Part shown: one piece after another, positions 61,371-64,000 of the stretch
Numbering within the stretch: position 1 is the first letter of the stretch
How the letters are laid out: each line of letters opens with the position of its first letter
NCBI GenBank assembly: GCA_973895155.1
Contig: OZ316891.1
Location: forward strand, 14,415,037-14,479,036
DNA length: 64,000 bases
Reading direction: 5' to 3'
Origin: Marsupella aquatica
Taxonomy: Eukaryota > Plantae > Marchantiophyta
The notes under the pieces: model-generated
What the model was told of the DNA's origin: nothing
Databases searched by the model: none
What the model saw: only the letters and a program-made list of their open reading frames with translations
Position numbers and translations under genes: made by a program

Positions 61371-64000
61371 ATCAGGTAATATGCAACATCCAAAGAAGTA
61401 CAAACTAAATACTCTTACTGGTCAAGCACAAAACGATTCCTATGTATTTGACCTCATTAAACATTATTCTAATTCATAGTGCCATAAGATGTTGCATAAC
61501 TTCATTTAGTCTTAGTTTCTTTTATGCTTATGTATACCAAAATAAGTTTAGTGGATTAATGAACGCTTTGGTAACATACCTAGTTTATCCAACAATGTGG
61601 TCATGGACCTGGTTTATTCAACATTGAGGATGACAAAGCCCCCAACAAGAGTAACATTCAGACCTGACCTAATTAAGAGAACAAGAGCATTTGAGGTTAG
61701 AATAAGGAGGTAAGTCCTACTACTGGTAAAATTATAAAAAGCTTATTACAAACTCCCATGGGAAGTGCTTTCAAATTCCCTGGTACCAAGTGTGGCCACA
61801 TCATCTCACCACCAGGAATGTGTATGTTTGTGGTAACAAACAGACATGACTGTGTGTGTTTAACATGTGACTGACAAAAACTGTTAGTCTTGGGAACCCT
61901 AAAAAATCAAAATGTCAAATAACAAACAACAAACAACAGGGGGTAACAAAATTGGATGGACAGTGGATGATTGTGCACAACGATCACAAGAGAAGGTGCC
62001 CACTGTCAATATTCTGAGATGGACAGATGAGATCAGGTGTTGATGAACATGGGAGATACAGTTCACTTTAAACCAATGGTACTTTACATTAGTCAAATTG
62101 TTTTTTGAGCTTTCATAATATTGTTCATGTGCTACTAGGGGAACATGTACGTATCTTAAGATGCTTCTAACCAGATTTTTAGCCATAATTATGTGCTCTC
62201 AAGTTCATTTCGGTTGAATTTTTTTACGCTAGTGGCTCTCATGGAGATCCAGTTGTTGAACAAATTTTAAGAAAACTTCCTTTGAATAACTTTACAATGA
62301 CCACCAAAGGTAAACTGAAAGAATTTCATGACTCCAGAAGATTTGAAAAGGACAAGTGTCAAGAATACCTGGTAGTTGTCATGCTGGGACATTAAGCTTT
62401 CTTATGACAAAGAGACAAAGAAAGAATCTTAAAGTTAGTTGTGACCCTAAAGAAGTTGCTTATATTTCTGTCATAAACAGATTGTAGACCAGGATCAGCT
62501 TTCTTTACAGGCATTTTGAAGCATACATACGGACCTGTCCCACTCCCACATGAAGTGCAGGTTCTGTATGACACATCATATGCTCCTGATGTTGGACAGA
62601 ACAGCCAGGACGAAGTGAAGATCGGGACAAATGAAGGGAATTTAAACTTTGAAGCTGCTGTTGTCCTCTGAATAATTTAGAACCACGACAACACTTTGTT
62701 CTTGGTGACTGGCTATTTCCGAGCTGGTCTAAGATTCAGGATTCTATCTGGTGTTTTGCCAGGCAGCTGGATGCTGTTGGTTTTTTGGTCTTTCAGCATG
62801 TGATAGTTTCTTCTGAAACTGAAGCGATTGAGATTGTCGAAAGACACAGAAATAATAAATTGATTAAAAATCCACCAGCACCAGCTGGGCCAACTAAGTA
62901 TCGCTACACAAACTTTCCACGTGAAAAGCAAGATCATTTTCATATGCCTGAAGTGGATAGACAAGCAGGAGAAATGCATTAACAGATTCAGGTAGCTCAA
63001 ATAAGAGATTTGAAACTCATATATATACCTAGAATCCTCACGGAAGCTGCAATCGTTTCTCGGCGTTACTTGCTGGTCTCAGGATTGTTCACAAACGCAC
63101 TTGGTTCCGAGACTTTTCTTCCATTATCTGTCTCGATGCTCCAAGCTGTTGGAGCCGGATCTACTTGCTGAGGACCTAGCAGGTGGATTTAAGTCACTGG
63201 TGCGGCAAGATGGGCTACTGCATCAGAAATGATGTTTATGAAAAAACAAAGCCTTTGAGAGTCTCTGGACAAGATAGAAAAGTCGTTTAAGATTGTCAGG
63301 AAACGACGTTCTAGCACATTACAAGATATTTGTGCTGCGTCTAAAGTACAACAAAGACTGCAAGACAGTTCATTGCAGTGTAGGCCTCATAGAATGTACT
63401 CCACACTAAGCTGCTAAAGCTGCCGAGCAATGGTCTTTTTCGTTCTCTGCACATTTTCAAGCTGCACAGCCCTGATGCGAGCACATTCTCTGGCTGCGTG
63501 ACCATGAAGTAAGCATTCTCTGTCCAACCCAAAAGTTTTATATGCCTCTGCATTATCAACGGTCTTGATGCAGCCACCTTGGCCCAAGAAACGAAGGAGC
63601 AGTAAGCACTCCACGAATAACAACAACGATAAATTCTACGAGGCTATCAGATAGAGGAGCATTCTTATCAATGCGTTGAACAATATCAACATCCAGCTCC
63701 TCCTAGTAGGCAGAGACATAACTCACTAGATAATCGATTTGGCTAAAGATGATGAGTTTTTCACAATATCAAGTCCATACGACACACATGGGATTTGCCA
63801 ACTACAACTCAGCGCCTTCTTACGTTGTACCAAATGATTGTCTTCATCTTTTTGTTCAGCAGAAGAGATCAACGCGAAGTTGAAGACCGGAGCTTAATCC
63901 ACACCCGTAATTCCTCCCGAGACAACAACTTCAAGTTCTTTGTCATCCAATCGCATGCACAATCCTTTGTTTAAAGACAACGGCAGGCAAATCACAAAGC

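Noticed and set aside
60917-61393. 158-aa Cys/hydrophobic ORF
   Set aside because: It is the antisense reading of a CAA-rich low-complexity repeat.
62560-64000. Possible gene fragment or UTR at the window end
   Set aside because: Only short ORFs with no recognisable domain or consistent exon chain.

Overview
Eukaryotic, intron-containing genomic DNA, most likely from a non-seed land plant (inferred from the gene content and TE families, not proven). Four intact-looking host genes are present: (1) a 13-exon gene at 7818-13263 (+) encoding a ~639-aa protein with a transit-peptide-like N-terminus and two tandem retropepsin-type aspartic protease domains, whose model needs two GC-AG introns; (2) a 6-exon atypical SDR oxidoreductase (35804-38858 +); (3) mitochondrial ribosomal protein S5 with an intronless CDS (43136-44065 -); (4) 20-exon UBP14/USP5 deubiquitinase (50774-59191 +). 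A decayed transposon island lies at 16.7-34.4 kb. It includes a full-length PIF/Harbinger element (16-bp TIRs, TTA target duplication) that carries the usual transposase and Myb/SANT genes plus a third coiled-coil ORF. It also includes a three-level nest: a MULE derivative with ~260-bp TIRs and a transposase remnant, containing a 5'-truncated CRE-type RT-RLE non-LTR retrotransposon, itself containing two solo-LTR-like insertions, one with non-TG..CA ends. A second, inverted copy of the same MULE family next door lacks the retroelement. The first 7 kb holds decayed ubiquitin fragments and duplicated exon-like repeats. The TE reading frames are broken mostly by C>T-type stop codons. All exon coordinates were derived by hand.
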